The notes beneath the pieces are model-generated. The model was given only the letters and a program-made list of their open reading frames with translations. It did no database searches and had not been told where the DNA came from. From the IMG/VR virus record IMGVR_UViG_3300049004_000112, positions 1-57,019 of that record: a stretch of DNA of 57,019 nt; one strand, given 5' to 3'. Origin of the DNA: a virus (lineage: Duplodnaviria > Caudoviricetes). The position numbers were made by a program, and so were the translations under genes. Below, one piece after another: positions 38,060 to 48,390 of this stretch (the first letter of the stretch is position 1; each line of letters opens with the position of its first letter).

Positions 38060-38525
38060 CTGTCACCTCCACGGCCGCCGCGATCTGCGCAGCGACTACA
38101 TCGCGCGGCACGTCGAACGGCATCTGCCGGCCGCGATAAGGGATAGGCTCCGGGAAACGCCAGTAGGAGCCGCGGCGCCAGCCGAAGCGGCCTTCCGAAA
38201 AATCCCCGCACTCCATGTCCTTAAGGTCGTCAATCGACAGCGGAAACTTGCTGTGCAGACGTTCCGTCGGAATCACGTCGACCAGGTCGACCATGCCGAT
38301 GATCGCGCCGGTCGCCAGTTCTATGCCCCAATGGTTGCCGAACTCGCTTGAGCAGATGTCGTCAAGCTCGCTGTCCACGTCCTTTTCGATCCGCTTTGCG
38401 GCGTGGACCAACAGATGCCCGCGATGCCGCGTTGACCAATGCCGGGTTTCATGCCGCTTGTTCGGCGAAAGCCAGAGCGAGCCCCATGGTTGCCAGAGCG
38501 AGAGGGCTTTGAGGGTATCGGTCAT
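38052..38525 (-). CDS. ASCH domain protein
   Basis: KALSLWQPW...KRHETRHW.T.HRG.LLVHAAK...GAIIG.V.L...PIPYRG. Confidence 0.9.
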   Translation of the reverse strand: MTDTLKALSLWQPWGSLWLSPNKRHETRHWSTRHRGHLLVHAAKRIEKDVDSELDDICSSEFGNHWGIELATGAIIGMVDLVDVIPTERLHSKFPLSIDDLKDMECGDFSEGRFGWRRGSYWRFPEPIPYRGRQMPFDVPRDVVAAQIAAAVEVTGA

Positions 38526-38770
38526 GGCCGAAAACCGGGCTCAACGCGCAACGGCTTTCCATTGGCATCAAGCAGCGCATATGCCTGCACGAAACCATCG
38601 CTACTCGCGCGCGTCAGAAGTATCCGACCATCCTCATCTTGAACAAGATCAAGGCCGGCCTTGCGCGCGCTCGTTTTGATAGGCCAGAGCGCGCCTTTGG
38701 CGTTCCGTTGCTTGCGGACCTTCACCACGCGCGCGCCGGCGCGCCGCATAAACTGATTCAAGGTTCGCAT
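38522..38770 (-). CDS. Hypothetical protein
   Basis: Coupled ORF within the operon. Confidence 0.5.
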   Translation of the reverse strand: MRTLNQFMRRAGARVVKVRKQRNAKGALWPIKTSARKAGLDLVQDEDGRILLTRASSDGFVQAYALLDANGKPLRVEPGFRP

Positions 38771-38773
38771 GAC

Positions 38774-41700
38774 TCAATCTCCATCATGTCCGTGGGGGGG
38801 GGTATTGACGGCATCGAATGTCGCCAGGTCGAACAGCTGCGGCGTTTCCATCTTCTCTTCTGCCATGCGGTTGTAGTGGATGCCGTCGAGAAAATAGGTC
38901 GCGGACAGTTCGATGTAGACGCCCCGCCGCCCCTTGAGCAATGAACGGTAGGACACGGTGCCGAGCCCGCCGAACGGATCAAGGATGAGGTCGCCCGGAT
39001 TGGAGTATCGCTCGATCAGGCGATCCACGATGTCGAACTGAAGCGGACAGAGGTGCATCTCCGCGCCCTTGCGCTGCTGCAGCATGTTCAGCGTGCGCAT
39101 CCGGTTGATGTCGGTCCACACGTCGGGATGGTGCGAGCCAGGCGCGATGGCCATGAAGGTAGCGGGTAGCGTGCCGGTCCGCTCCAGAGCTTCGCCGATT
39201 TTGACATGCGCTTCGTGGTTATAGATGCGCTGGGCACTGGTCTTGGAAAACAATTTGGCGAGGTCAGCGGAAGAGCATTGCGCGAACTCTTCGGGCCTGA
39301 GGTGCCGGTCGCCGCTCGATGGCCAAAAATCATGGGCGACGATCTGCCAACGTGCGCGGGATACGCCATCGTTCTCGCCATCCCATTTTTCCTTGGTGAC
39401 TGGCACGTCGGCATAGCCGCGCGACCGGTCGCTCTGAGGCTTGCGCAGCAGCAGAATGTATTCCGGCATGCCGACACCCATTTTGGTGCCGTCCTTGCAC
39501 ATCTCGCTCCAGCCGAGCCGATAGGTCTGGTTGTTCTCTCGCACGACGTCGGTGACAACGGTGACCATGCCGCAGTAGTCAAACCCGTGGGCGCGGTAGT
39601 GCATGATCGCTTCGGCGTGGAAGGGCGAGACGGTCGGCACGCCGGCGCCGGTGACCGATCCGAACAGCACGCGGTCCTTGACGTGAATGCAGGCCAGCCG
39701 GCCGGGCTTCAGCATCCGGAGCAAATGGACCGTCAAGAAATCCATCTGACTCCAGAAGTGACCGGAATCGTCGCTGTGGCCGAAGTCTTCATAGCGCGCG
39801 GAATATTCGTATTGATTGCCGAAGGGGATTGACGTGATGATCTGATCGACGGAGTTGTCCGGCCAATCTCGGCATTCGGCGACCGCGTCGTTATTGATCG
39901 CGACGAAGTTCTTGCCCCTGATCTCAACCCGCTTGACGCCCAGTGTGCGCAACAGCGCATCGCGCATCGGTAGGGCGTTAAGGCCGTGCTTCAGGATGAT
40001 GTCCGACATGCGGGCGCGCATCGCGGTATCCAGCGCCCACTTTTCCTCCAGCGCGGCGCGCCCGGCGCGCATGTCTTCGGAATAGATGATGTCGACCTCG
40101 ACCGGGAACTGCTGCCCGAACCTTTGCAGGCGATAGATCGATTGAATGAAGTCGTTGAACTTGTAGCCGTCGCCGGGCATGCCGACGTAGATCGCCTTGT
40201 GGCAGTGATACTGGAAATTCGAGCCGGAGCCGGACAGAATCGGCTTGGTGCCGAAATACTTGATCCGGCCTTCCTCAAATTCGTGCAGGCGGATTTCCCG
40301 ATCGTCGATATCCATGCTGCCGGTGATGGTGACGACCTCCGGCAGGGCCTGCTCGATCGCTTCGCGTTCCGCTTCCAGGTCATGCCAGATGATCCGATGC
40401 GGCTCTGGATCCTGCGCGATGATATCGACCATCTTGGCGATACGGGACGACAGGCTGTCGCGCCGCGACTTCGCAGCATCCTGCAGGCTGTTGGCGACGT
40501 TGCGGAACATGACGCCCTGTCCGTCGCGCTCCGGTACGGCCTTGGAGTGGTCCGAGGGCACCTCGTGCCAGGTGAGTTTCAGCGGCGGCAGTTCGTAACC
40601 TTCGTCGGAATAGCCGAGCTCGGATGGGCGCTGCAGGAACGCCGCCCACGAGTGCACCCACATCCAGAATTCTTCTTCCTTGTGCGGGTAGAGCGTGAGG
40701 TCGCCGGCCTTTTCCGAATTGCGCTGGAACCAGCGCGTCAATGCAAGCCCGGTATCCATCACGCCAAGGAAGCCGCCATAATGGATCAGTTCCTTGTAGC
40801 GGTTCGGCGAAGGCGTTGCGGTCGCGACCAGCTTGAACTCGACCTTGAGAAACAGGGGCAAGAATTCCTGAAAGGTCTTTGAGCCATAGCTGCGCAGCAC
40901 GCTCGCTTCATCGAGACTGCAGGCCGCGAACAGGTTCGGATCGAGCTTGCCCTCGCGGATGGATTCATAGTTCGTCAGGAAGTGGACAACGCCTTCCGCG
41001 CTCAGCGCGGAAAACTCCGCGTTGGTCCGGATGAAGCGCACGTCCATGCCGAGCTGCAGAGATTCCTTGATGAAGCCGTGGCGCACGCCCAGGGGAACGA
41101 CGTTCAGCGTCGCGCCGCCGACGTTCTTGTGCAGCTGCCTGCACCATTCCAGCTGCATCGCGGTCTTGTGCAGGCCGAAATTGGCGAAGATCGCAGCGCA
41201 TCCGAGCCGAAGGGCCCAGAGCGTCAGGTCCTTGCAGTGCGGCTTCAGCCAGGGATGCAGCCCGTCGCGCGCGACTTCGATCCCCCGCAATGGTGCCGTG
41301 ACGATCTTGTCCTTGAGGAAGGCGTCATAGGATGGCCATTCGATGGAGAGGTCGTCGTCATCGGAAAGGATAGTCTCGGTATTACCGATTTTATCCGGTG
41401 CGCACGCTTCGCACCTCACATCGGCAACGGAGCCTGCGCCAATTGGCGCAGCCTGTTGCAGCAGCAACGCGTTGCCGGCTTCCGTCAGAGATAACCGCTT
41501 AGTAGTCGCATGCACCAAGTCTTTGCGCGCAAGATCGAGCAGGACCGGCCCTTCGACCTGTTCGCCGGCTGCAATTGCGCGCAGCGCTGAAATGGTTGAG
41601 CCCGCGCCTTCGGGGGGCGCGTCAGGCGCGGGCTCTCTCTCGCGCAGATGATGGGGCGAAGCGCCATCTGCGGGATACGGCGCAGAAGTTAGCCCTCCGG

Positions 41701-42391
41701 CGCCGGGTTGGATTGGATTGCCTCTGCCGTCGACCCTCTCCGGCAGATGGTCGAACTTCTGCCAGTGCGCCTCGATCGCGGCGTCCATGCGCTCGAATCC
41801 GGCGCTGCCATAAGGATACGAGAAACTATCGCCGCAGCTGCAGGTGCCGAGCGTGACCATCTTCTTGTTGATGACCGGATTGGTCATGGAGAACGTGTGG
41901 CCGGCCGGATAGACCTTGCGCGCGCGATGCGCGGCGACCAGTTCGGCGACGATGGGATCACTGATCGGCTGATCAATATTAGCTAATACATCGGAGGGAA
42001 CAGAGGCTTGCTCGGCCGGCTGCAACAGCGACTTTGCCCAACGGATCACCTGGCCGCCAAAGTCTGCGGTCCAATGCGTGCCGTCACCCTCTCCGTTGCC
42101 CATGTAGCGCTGGGCGCGGATAACCATCTCATCGGATGCATCGGTCAAGGCGTCTTCGCGGGAAACGAAGAACACGGGGATAGCGACCCGGAAGCCAGGC
42201 GGGTGTGCCATCCACTTGCCGTTTTCCAGTTCCAGCACGCCGATCTTGATCGAAGGCTGCCGGTCGCGATCGAAATAGAACATCTCGCCCTGGTCGTCGC
42301 GGAAGGTTAAGCCTTGAGGTCCAAGCGGAGGCTCGCCGGCGGCGTTGCGGAGGACCGGGGTTGCGGGTGTGGTACGGGCGGGAGCGTTCAT
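38774..42391 (-). CDS. SF2 helicase-like / N4-N6 DNA methyltransferase fusion with long N-terminal extension
   Basis: FGLHKT, LDEAS, TATPSPN, RLQRFGQ; MTase TSIPF (motif IV) and DPFGGLGT (motif I), beta-class order. Confidence 0.88.
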   Translation of the reverse strand: MNAPARTTPATPVLRNAAGEPPLGPQGLTFRDDQGEMFYFDRDRQPSIKIGVLELENGKWMAHPPGFRVAIPVFFVSREDALTDASDEMVIRAQRYMGNGEGDGTHWTADFGGQVIRWAKSLLQPAEQASVPSDVLANIDQPISDPIVAELVAAHRARKVYPAGHTFSMTNPVINKKMVTLGTCSCGDSFSYPYGSAGFERMDAAIEAHWQKFDHLPERVDGRGNPIQPGAGGLTSAPYPADGASPHHLREREPAPDAPPEGAGSTISALRAIAAGEQVEGPVLLDLARKDLVHATTKRLSLTEAGNALLLQQAAPIGAGSVADVRCEACAPDKIGNTETILSDDDDLSIEWPSYDAFLKDKIVTAPLRGIEVARDGLHPWLKPHCKDLTLWALRLGCAAIFANFGLHKTAMQLEWCRQLHKNVGGATLNVVPLGVRHGFIKESLQLGMDVRFIRTNAEFSALSAEGVVHFLTNYESIREGKLDPNLFAACSLDEASVLRSYGSKTFQEFLPLFLKVEFKLVATATPSPNRYKELIHYGGFLGVMDTGLALTRWFQRNSEKAGDLTLYPHKEEEFWMWVHSWAAFLQRPSELGYSDEGYELPPLKLTWHEVPSDHSKAVPERDGQGVMFRNVANSLQDAAKSRRDSLSSRIAKMVDIIAQDPEPHRIIWHDLEAEREAIEQALPEVVTITGSMDIDDREIRLHEFEEGRIKYFGTKPILSGSGSNFQYHCHKAIYVGMPGDGYKFNDFIQSIYRLQRFGQQFPVEVDIIYSEDMRAGRAALEEKWALDTAMRARMSDIILKHGLNALPMRDALLRTLGVKRVEIRGKNFVAINNDAVAECRDWPDNSVDQIITSIPFGNQYEYSARYEDFGHSDDSGHFWSQMDFLTVHLLRMLKPGRLACIHVKDRVLFGSVTGAGVPTVSPFHAEAIMHYRAHGFDYCGMVTVVTDVVRENNQTYRLGWSEMCKDGTKMGVGMPEYILLLRKPQSDRSRGYADVPVTKEKWDGENDGVSRARWQIVAHDFWPSSGDRHLRPEEFAQCSSADLAKLFSKTSAQRIYNHEAHVKIGEALERTGTLPATFMAIAPGSHHPDVWTDINRMRTLNMLQQRKGAEMHLCPLQFDIVDRLIERYSNPGDLILDPFGGLGTVSYRSLLKGRRGVYIELSATYFLDGIHYNRMAEEKMETPQLFDLATFDAVNTPPHGHDGD
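41431..41454. repeat. 24-bp palindrome copy 2 (one mismatch; inside helicase-MTase gene)
   Basis: AGCCTGCGCCAATTGGCGCAGCCT. Confidence 0.9.
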
Positions 42392-42630
42392 GGCGCGCTC
42401 CGTGGCAACGGCCTGCCGACGCGCAGCATAATCAGATCAGCTAGATCGCTGAGGTATCCGTCGCCGTATTCAGCACGCCCATAGTCCGCCGCAACGCCAA
42501 TGACGACGCCAACAGCGCCGTCGATTGCCATTCCTTTTGCGAGCGCGTCGTGGATGGCATCCGATACTGCATTCGCAAGATCAGCGGGAAGCTGTCCGGT
42601 CACTGTGACGACTTCGGATTTGTGCGTCAT
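42388..42630 (-). CDS. Hypothetical protein
   Basis: Coupled ORF within the operon. Confidence 0.55.
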   Translation of the reverse strand: MTHKSEVVTVTGQLPADLANAVSDAIHDALAKGMAIDGAVGVVIGVAADYGRAEYGDGYLSDLADLIMLRVGRPLPRSAP

Positions 42631-43133
42631 GACATCGGCCCCGTCGCAAGCGAAACCGACCGCACGCCGTCACCCTGCCCCGCGCGTTGATCCAGCGCGC
42701 TACGGCCCGGCAGCGGATCGCCGAAGAACTCCGCCGTGATGCTGCGATGCTGCGGGGAGGTGTCGCGGATTTGCTTGGCGAGCTCGGTTGCGCTTTGACG
42801 TATGATGCGCTGGTGCGGGGCCTTGGGCACAGCGCCTGCGGCTGTTCGTTTCAGAAGATTGTATTGCACCTTGCACGCGCGATCGGTGCGCTTGATGCGT
42901 GCGCCTATGTCGCCCCAGGGCTCGCCCTTGTCGCCGGCCTCGATCAGGGCCCCGTTTTCATCGTCACTCCAGCGCTCGCCCTTCCGGTTGCCCCGCGCTT
43001 CGGAACGCAGCCTGCCGTAACGCTTCACGACGGCGCCTTCGCTCAGGCCTAGCGCATCGGCGATCTGGCGGTTGGTTTTCCCCGCTTCCTTCATAACGAG
43101 CAGCGTGGCGTCGTCTTCGGGGTGCCTGTTCAT
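42627..43133 (-). CDS. GcrA-like / tandem Myb-like HTH protein
   Basis: EDDATLL.MKEAGKTNRQIADALGLSEGAV; second repeat RWSDDENGAL...WGDIG..IKRT..ACK. Confidence 0.6.
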   Translation of the reverse strand: MNRHPEDDATLLVMKEAGKTNRQIADALGLSEGAVVKRYGRLRSEARGNRKGERWSDDENGALIEAGDKGEPWGDIGARIKRTDRACKVQYNLLKRTAAGAVPKAPHQRIIRQSATELAKQIRDTSPQHRSITAEFFGDPLPGRSALDQRAGQGDGVRSVSLATGPMS

Positions 43134-43276
43134 GCAAACCTCCGACGCAACGCCTTGATGCAGACCGAAACCTTGTCGAAGATCGTCAAGCAGATCATGC
43201 CGACGATCGAAAAGATGAGGACTCCACAGAAGGTGACGGCGAACAGGACGGCCAAAGCAACGAGGACGATTGTCAT
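43130..43276 (-). CDS. Small membrane protein
   Basis: MTIVLVALAVLFAVTFCGVLIFSIVGM; ATGA overlaps at both ends. Confidence 0.55.
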   Translation of the reverse strand: MTIVLVALAVLFAVTFCGVLIFSIVGMICLTIFDKVSVCIKALRRRFA

Positions 43277-45331
43277 TCCGCCGCCTCCATGAACTGAGGC
43301 GCGGGCTCTACATCGCGCGGGGCGTAGTTTGCTTTGACCAGCGCAGCCGCCATCGGCGGGCAGACGCTGTTGCCGCATTTGGAGACCTGTTCGGTCTTGG
43401 AGATCGGCGTGCCGTCCGGCTTGCGATCGATGATGTAGCTGTCGGGGAAGCCTTGAGCGCGGAACAGTTCGCGCGGCGTAAGCATGCGCATGCCGATGTC
43501 GACAATGATGCAAATGATGCCGTCGATATTGACGGTAACGAATTCGCGGTCATCCCAGAGGCCATGAGCGCGGAGAAGATCAGCAACCAGGCGCGCGCGC
43601 GGTGCGTATTCAGGAAGGAAAGGCGGGATTTCCAGCTGCGCTGTGCCAAGGCCGAAGCGGCCCTTGGACGTTACAGTGTGCAGCGGCTCATCGAGACGGG
43701 GATCCTGATCGGCCCCGTAGTATTTCTGCAGGAAGGCGGCGGATAGTTGCGACTTGTTACCGCCTCCACCATTAGCCGGCATGACCGTCGGTGCAGGCTC
43801 TTCGACGCTTGAACCGACCGCAGTCCCGAACTGCCTTACCAGATTGACTGCGGCGACGCCCTGATGCGATCCGGATTGCAGGATGGTGCTTACCGGCTCG
43901 TCTACGGGACGGCCCGCGTTGCCCTCGCCAGTGCGGCCGTCGATATTGTTCTGCGCAAGAAACGCCGCCACCAAAGCATGATGGCCGCCGGTCGTGATGG
44001 TCTTTACCGGCTCATCGGCGCCGTAGTGCGGCTTGTCGCCGAAGTTGTTTTTGACCAGGGACGCGGCGACCACGCCCAGAGGTGCCGCGCCGCCCGCGCG
44101 CTTGATAAACGAATTCGCCGTGACCGTCGGCGCAGGTTCGTCCATTCCGCTGCCTATGCTGTTTGCGCGGAATTTCGTTAGGTGAACCGCGGCGACCTGG
44201 TTCTGATCCTTTGGCGATGCGGTAACGGTATGGAGCGGACCGTCGACCGAACGCACGCTACCGCCCTGCTGCGCGGCGCTAATGAACGGCGTCACGACGA
44301 CACTGTCTGCCTTGGCAGTCAGCGTCTGCACAGGTTCGCTGACGCTGCGCGGTTCGGTTTGCCCCATCCGGCCGCCGACGCCAGTCACGAACGGTGTCAC
44401 AAGCGCCTTCTCGCCGCGATGCGCGCCGGTAACCGTGGCCATCGGATCGTCGATTGATTCCGCGCGGTCGCCGCCATGATGCGTCAGGTTGACGATGAAC
44501 GGCTTTTGCCGCATCGACCACATAGCGCCGGACTCCCTTGGCCAGCCGTGCCATCGTTGCCTTTTGCAACGGCCGCACGGCCCGCAGTCCGTACTTTTCC
44601 TTGATCTGTTTGGCCGTGTCGAAAATCGACGGACACGGCAGCGACCAGTCGATGATTTCCGCGGCGACACGCGCGGGCTTCACGTCAGGAACAAGGGCCG
44701 AGCCTAACTTTTCTACGTCTGCCCTGCCATCGCGATAAGCCTTCACCCGTTTGTGCGTCGGCACCGGCCATACAATCGGTTCGCCGTCACAACGCGCGAT
44801 AAGGAACAACCGCTTGCGCAGTGTCGGCGCGCCGTAGTCGCAGGCACGCAGCTCGCGCCACTCGACGACGTAGCCGAGCCGTTCCAGTTCGGAAAGCCAG
44901 CGCTTGAAGGTGAGGCCCTTCTGCAGCGGGCACGGCTTGTTGTCGGCGCCGAGCGGTCCCCAGGTCGCGAACTCTTCGACGTTTTCGAGGATGATGACGC
45001 GTGGGGCAACGACGTTGGCCCAATGCACGACAACCCATGCCAGCCCGCGTATTTTCTTCTCTACCGGCTTGCCACCCTTCGCTTTTGAAAAGTGCTTGCA
45101 GTCCGGGGAAAACCAGGCGAGCCCGACCGGGCGGCCGGCCGTCACTTCAACAGGGTCGACTTCCCAGACATCGGATACTAGATGCGTGGTTGCGGGATGA
45201 TTGACCTCGTGCATCGCAAGCGCGGTCGCGTCATGGTTGATCGCGATGTCCGGCGAGCGGCCGAGCGCCATCTCGATGCCGGTTGAGGCACCGCCGCCGC
45301 CCGCGAAGCTGTCGACGATCAATTCGATCAT
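43273..45331 (-). pseudogene. C5-cytosine DNA methyltransferase, frameshifted at about 44504-44507 (real or assembly error)
   Basis: FAGGGG, SPDCKHFS, ENV, R.R motifs in one frame; MRMLTPRELFRAQGFP and GNSV in another; removing one A restores ...DAAKPFIV... Confidence 0.85.
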
Positions 45332-45730
45332 GCGCGTCCGCCCTTCTGCGGGTAGACGGACGGCACCGCTGCTGATACGTCTGCTACGCCCTTCAAATCG
45401 TTGCGCCAGGAAATAGGCAGTCTTGCTGAGTTGAGTTTCGACATACGGGAACATCTGTTCGAGCGTTGCGTCGGCTGGCCGCGTGCTGGCGATGAAGTCG
45501 CAGATCATGTTCGCGCACACCGCGGCGAGCGCGTCGGAGATCAGCTCGTTGTCGGTATTGCGGTTGGTTTCGACGGCCAACTGCCGCGTAAACGCATGCT
45601 GCACGGCCGTGCCCATCCGCGCTTGCGCGCCGTCGCTGTCGTTTTGCAGGGCGATCTCGGCTGTCGCTGCTTTTGCGCGCGCGATCATCGCCTCAATCTC
45701 TGCCATGTCGACGTGAACCGGCTTCGTCAT
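45328..45730 (-). CDS. Hypothetical protein, apparently fused to the MTase by a frameshift near 45390
   Basis: Alternative frame ends ...PQKGGRA* with ATGA overlap on the MTase start. Confidence 0.5.
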
Positions 45731-45912
45731 CGCGCGAACTCCACATCTTCCCGCGCAGGCTTGACGCCATGGCTTCGCGCTACCGCTTCATTGACGTAGT
45801 TGCCGGGGGTGATCTCCACCATCAGCGTTGCGCCGCGCCAGTAGGACTGGCCGGGTTTGAAGCCTTTGGCCCGGGCTTGTTCGATCTGCTTGTGCTGGTC
45901 GTCGGCGTTCAT
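45727..45912 (-). CDS. Small hypothetical protein
   Basis: Coupled ORF. Confidence 0.55.
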   Translation of the reverse strand: MNADDQHKQIEQARAKGFKPGQSYWRGATLMVEITPGNYVNEAVARSHGVKPAREDVEFAR

Positions 45913-46436
45913 CGCGCACTCGCTGGTTTGCGCTTGCGGGCACGGTCGAATTTTTCGCCCTCTGCGATGATGAGAGCGGCGGCGCGCACAAGATCACGCC
46001 TGAAACCGGCCGGTTTCCACCATTCCCACGCCCAAGGCCAACGGGCTGGAATGTCGCTTGCCGATCGTCCCGGCAGACCGGCGCGGTCAGCGTAGCATCC
46101 GCCGGCAATGGCGAGTTCGCCGACCGGGTGTTGATCGTCATGCTCGATTGACCAACCTTCCGCCTCGATCTGCCGGAAGCGTTCGGCGATCACAGCCTGC
46201 GCAAATGCAGACATTGGCCGGCGGATATGCAGCGCCTCGAATACACGCCGCAGCACGAACTGCCGCAACAGCGACACGACCGTCATGATCGCGGCAAAGG
46301 CCACGTTCATCTCGATCGGGATGTTGACGCCGAGCAGGACGGGCAGCACCAACCACTGCACGAATAGCGAGAGGAAGAAGCCGGCCAAGGTTGACAGCGT
46401 GGTTTCGAGTGCGGACATCCAACGGGATTGTTTCAT
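45909..46436 (-). CDS. Two-domain phage protein (2-TM domain + AER.RQ...HDD...WPW domain)
   Basis: QSRWMSALE...RRVFE membrane module fused to a widespread phage domain. Confidence 0.7.
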   Translation of the reverse strand: MKQSRWMSALETTLSTLAGFFLSLFVQWLVLPVLLGVNIPIEMNVAFAAIMTVVSLLRQFVLRRVFEALHIRRPMSAFAQAVIAERFRQIEAEGWSIEHDDQHPVGELAIAGGCYADRAGLPGRSASDIPARWPWAWEWWKPAGFRRDLVRAAALIIAEGEKFDRARKRKPASAR

Positions 46437-46729
46437 GCCGCCGCTCCCTCGCGCTTGACCGATCCGATCTCGACGCTCTTGCCGGTCGGTGTCAGGTCTT
46501 TTTCGCGGACCAAATACTGTTCCAAGTCGAGTTCATTGAGCAGGAGGTAGGTAACGACGACGCCAGGGATTGCGCCGAGAACGGCCGCCTCGTGCGGTAA
46601 GCCTTCAAGGCGCTTGCAGCGACGTACCAGCACCACTTCACCGCGCTGAAACAGCGCGTCGGGGCATGGCGGGGCTTCGCCGCGGGAGACGGCTTCGATC
46701 TGGAGCTCAAGTGTTCGCGATAGGTTCAT
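46433..46729 (-). CDS. Hypothetical protein
   Basis: Coupled ORF. Confidence 0.5.
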   Translation of the reverse strand: MNLSRTLELQIEAVSRGEAPPCPDALFQRGEVVLVRRCKRLEGLPHEAAVLGAIPGVVVTYLLLNELDLEQYLVREKDLTPTGKSVEIGSVKREGAAA

Positions 46730-48054
46730 TCTGCGGCCTCCGCAGTTTCGATCCCGCGCTTCGCGACCGGCCGCTGCGTAAACCGCTTCGCATCATCCGG
46801 GCGCGTCAAGGCCTCGCGGCAACCAGGCGGTATCCAGAACGGCGCGCGCGGCGCTTCGCCCTTGATCCAGACCAGCCAGATGTAGGCCGTGGCAGTGCCG
46901 CCCTCAGGATCCCATCGGCCCTTGCAGAGATTGACGCGCTCGGCGAAGAACGCGATCAGCGTCGGTGGATTGTCCCGGAAGATGCGCTCATAGCGGCCGA
47001 TGGTTTCCAGCCATTGCAGGCGGACGAACATCGCAACGCCGACGCGCGCGCGCTGCAGGGCCTGCAGTACGAAGGCTTCGCTCTTGTCGCCGAACGGCGG
47101 GTTGGTGACGATAAAGTCCCGATCGGTATGAGCGCTGGCCTCAAGGCCGTTGGTGAAATCAAGCACGGCATCGCCATAGCGGTAATCGAAAACGTCGGTT
47201 GCCAGAACGTCGCTGCTATATTCGCGCAGCACTTCGGCCATGTGGCCTTCGCCGCACGCCGGCTCCCACGCCGAGTGCTCGGCAAAAAGCATCGGGGCCG
47301 GCAGGAGCCCAAGTTCCGGATTATCCAGCACCCGCTCGATCAGCGCCCGCGTTGCCCATGGCGGCGTCGGGAAGAAATCGAGACTGTCGTCCGGCTCTTG
47401 CCGCGACGACATGATGGCGCGGTTGCCGTTCGGCAGCGCCTTTTCCAGCGCGGCCGGCTGTTCGGCTTGCGGCAGGCGCGCGATCTTTTCGGCTACCGAG
47501 ACCGCGATCTTGTCTGTCTCGACCGCTTGCTGAAGTTCGGCCGTACCCTTTTCCTGTACGGTCGTCGCGCGCTGCACACTGCGCCGGCCGACATTCATCA
47601 GGTCAGCCGCTTCTGTCTGCGATACGATCGCTGCCGTGCCTTCGCAGGCCGGCGGCGCGATATCGATAAAACCCATCGAGCCTGCGCCAATTGGCGCAGG
47701 CTGCGAATGCTGGTTGTCACCCAACCGCATCGTCGAAAGCTTTGCCGCGACCATTGCGCGCTGGCTTTCCGTCAGATGCCGGCGCTTCAGGTTCTTCGAG
47801 ATTACCCAGCTCAGAGCCTCGCGCTCGGAGCCCTCGAAAATCTCCGTGCGCACGCCAAGGTTCTTCCGCCCGCATGCCGTGTAGCGGTTGCGGCCATCCA
47901 GCACCATGCCGCGATGCAGCTTGACGGTTTCCACCTGGCCATTGGCGCGGATGTCTTCCGCCAGATCGTCGAGTTCTGAATCCGACAGCATCGGAAACAG
48001 GTTCGCCAGCGGATGGAATTTCAAGGGCGCGTGGCCAGGCGGGAGGAACGTCAT
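46726..48054 (-). CDS. ParB-like domain + HTH + adenine DNA methyltransferase fusion
   Basis: HPLANLFP...LAEDI..NG...LDGRNR...SKNLKRRHL (ParB fold); SQTEAADLMNVGRRSVQRA (HTH); DFFPTP, WEPACGEG, TNPPF (MTase). Confidence 0.88.
   Translation of the reverse strand: MTFLPPGHAPLKFHPLANLFPMLSDSELDDLAEDIRANGQVETVKLHRGMVLDGRNRYTACGRKNLGVRTEIFEGSEREALSWVISKNLKRRHLTESQRAMVAAKLSTMRLGDNQHSQPAPIGAGSMGFIDIAPPACEGTAAIVSQTEAADLMNVGRRSVQRATTVQEKGTAELQQAVETDKIAVSVAEKIARLPQAEQPAALEKALPNGNRAIMSSRQEPDDSLDFFPTPPWATRALIERVLDNPELGLLPAPMLFAEHSAWEPACGEGHMAEVLREYSSDVLATDVFDYRYGDAVLDFTNGLEASAHTDRDFIVTNPPFGDKSEAFVLQALQRARVGVAMFVRLQWLETIGRYERIFRDNPPTLIAFFAERVNLCKGRWDPEGGTATAYIWLVWIKGEAPRAPFWIPPGCREALTRPDDAKRFTQRPVAKRGIETAEAAE
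47679..47702. repeat. 24-bp palindrome copy 3 (inside ParB-MTase gene)
   Basis: AGCCTGCGCCAATTGGCGCAGGCT. Confidence 0.95.
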
Positions 48055-48233
48055 GACCTATCGCCCCGCTTGTGGACCACGGGCGCCCGCAGATATCCCA
48101 CGACGGCTATGCCCATAAGCAGCGCCAGCATCACGGCGATTGCGATCAACGGCGTGCGCAGATCGCCGAACAGGTCGATTCCGTCGAGGTCGATTGCGAG
48201 TGGCAGATCGGATGAGGATGCGCGTTGCATCAC
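48051..48233 (-). CDS. Small membrane protein
   Basis: LIAIAVMLALLMGIAVVGYL; coupled to the ParB-MTase gene. Confidence 0.5.
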   Translation of the reverse strand: MMQRASSSDLPLAIDLDGIDLFGDLRTPLIAIAVMLALLMGIAVVGYLRAPVVHKRGDRS

Positions 48234-48390
48234 AGCGCCCTCGCGTTGCGAAGGTTGGCCTCGATGCGCTCAGGTGAAGGAGATGAACCGGACGAGGCGC
48301 GTGAGGGCCTATGACAAGGCGAACGCTCCCCGCCCGGTTCTGCCGCCGGGGGGCGCGTCGGATTGGTGTTGTGGTCGTGATCGCTCGACA

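Noticed and set aside
44279-45730. Novel N-terminal domain fused to the C5 MTase
   Set aside because: Better explained by a one-base insertion; the alternative frame ends with an ATGA overlap at the MTase start
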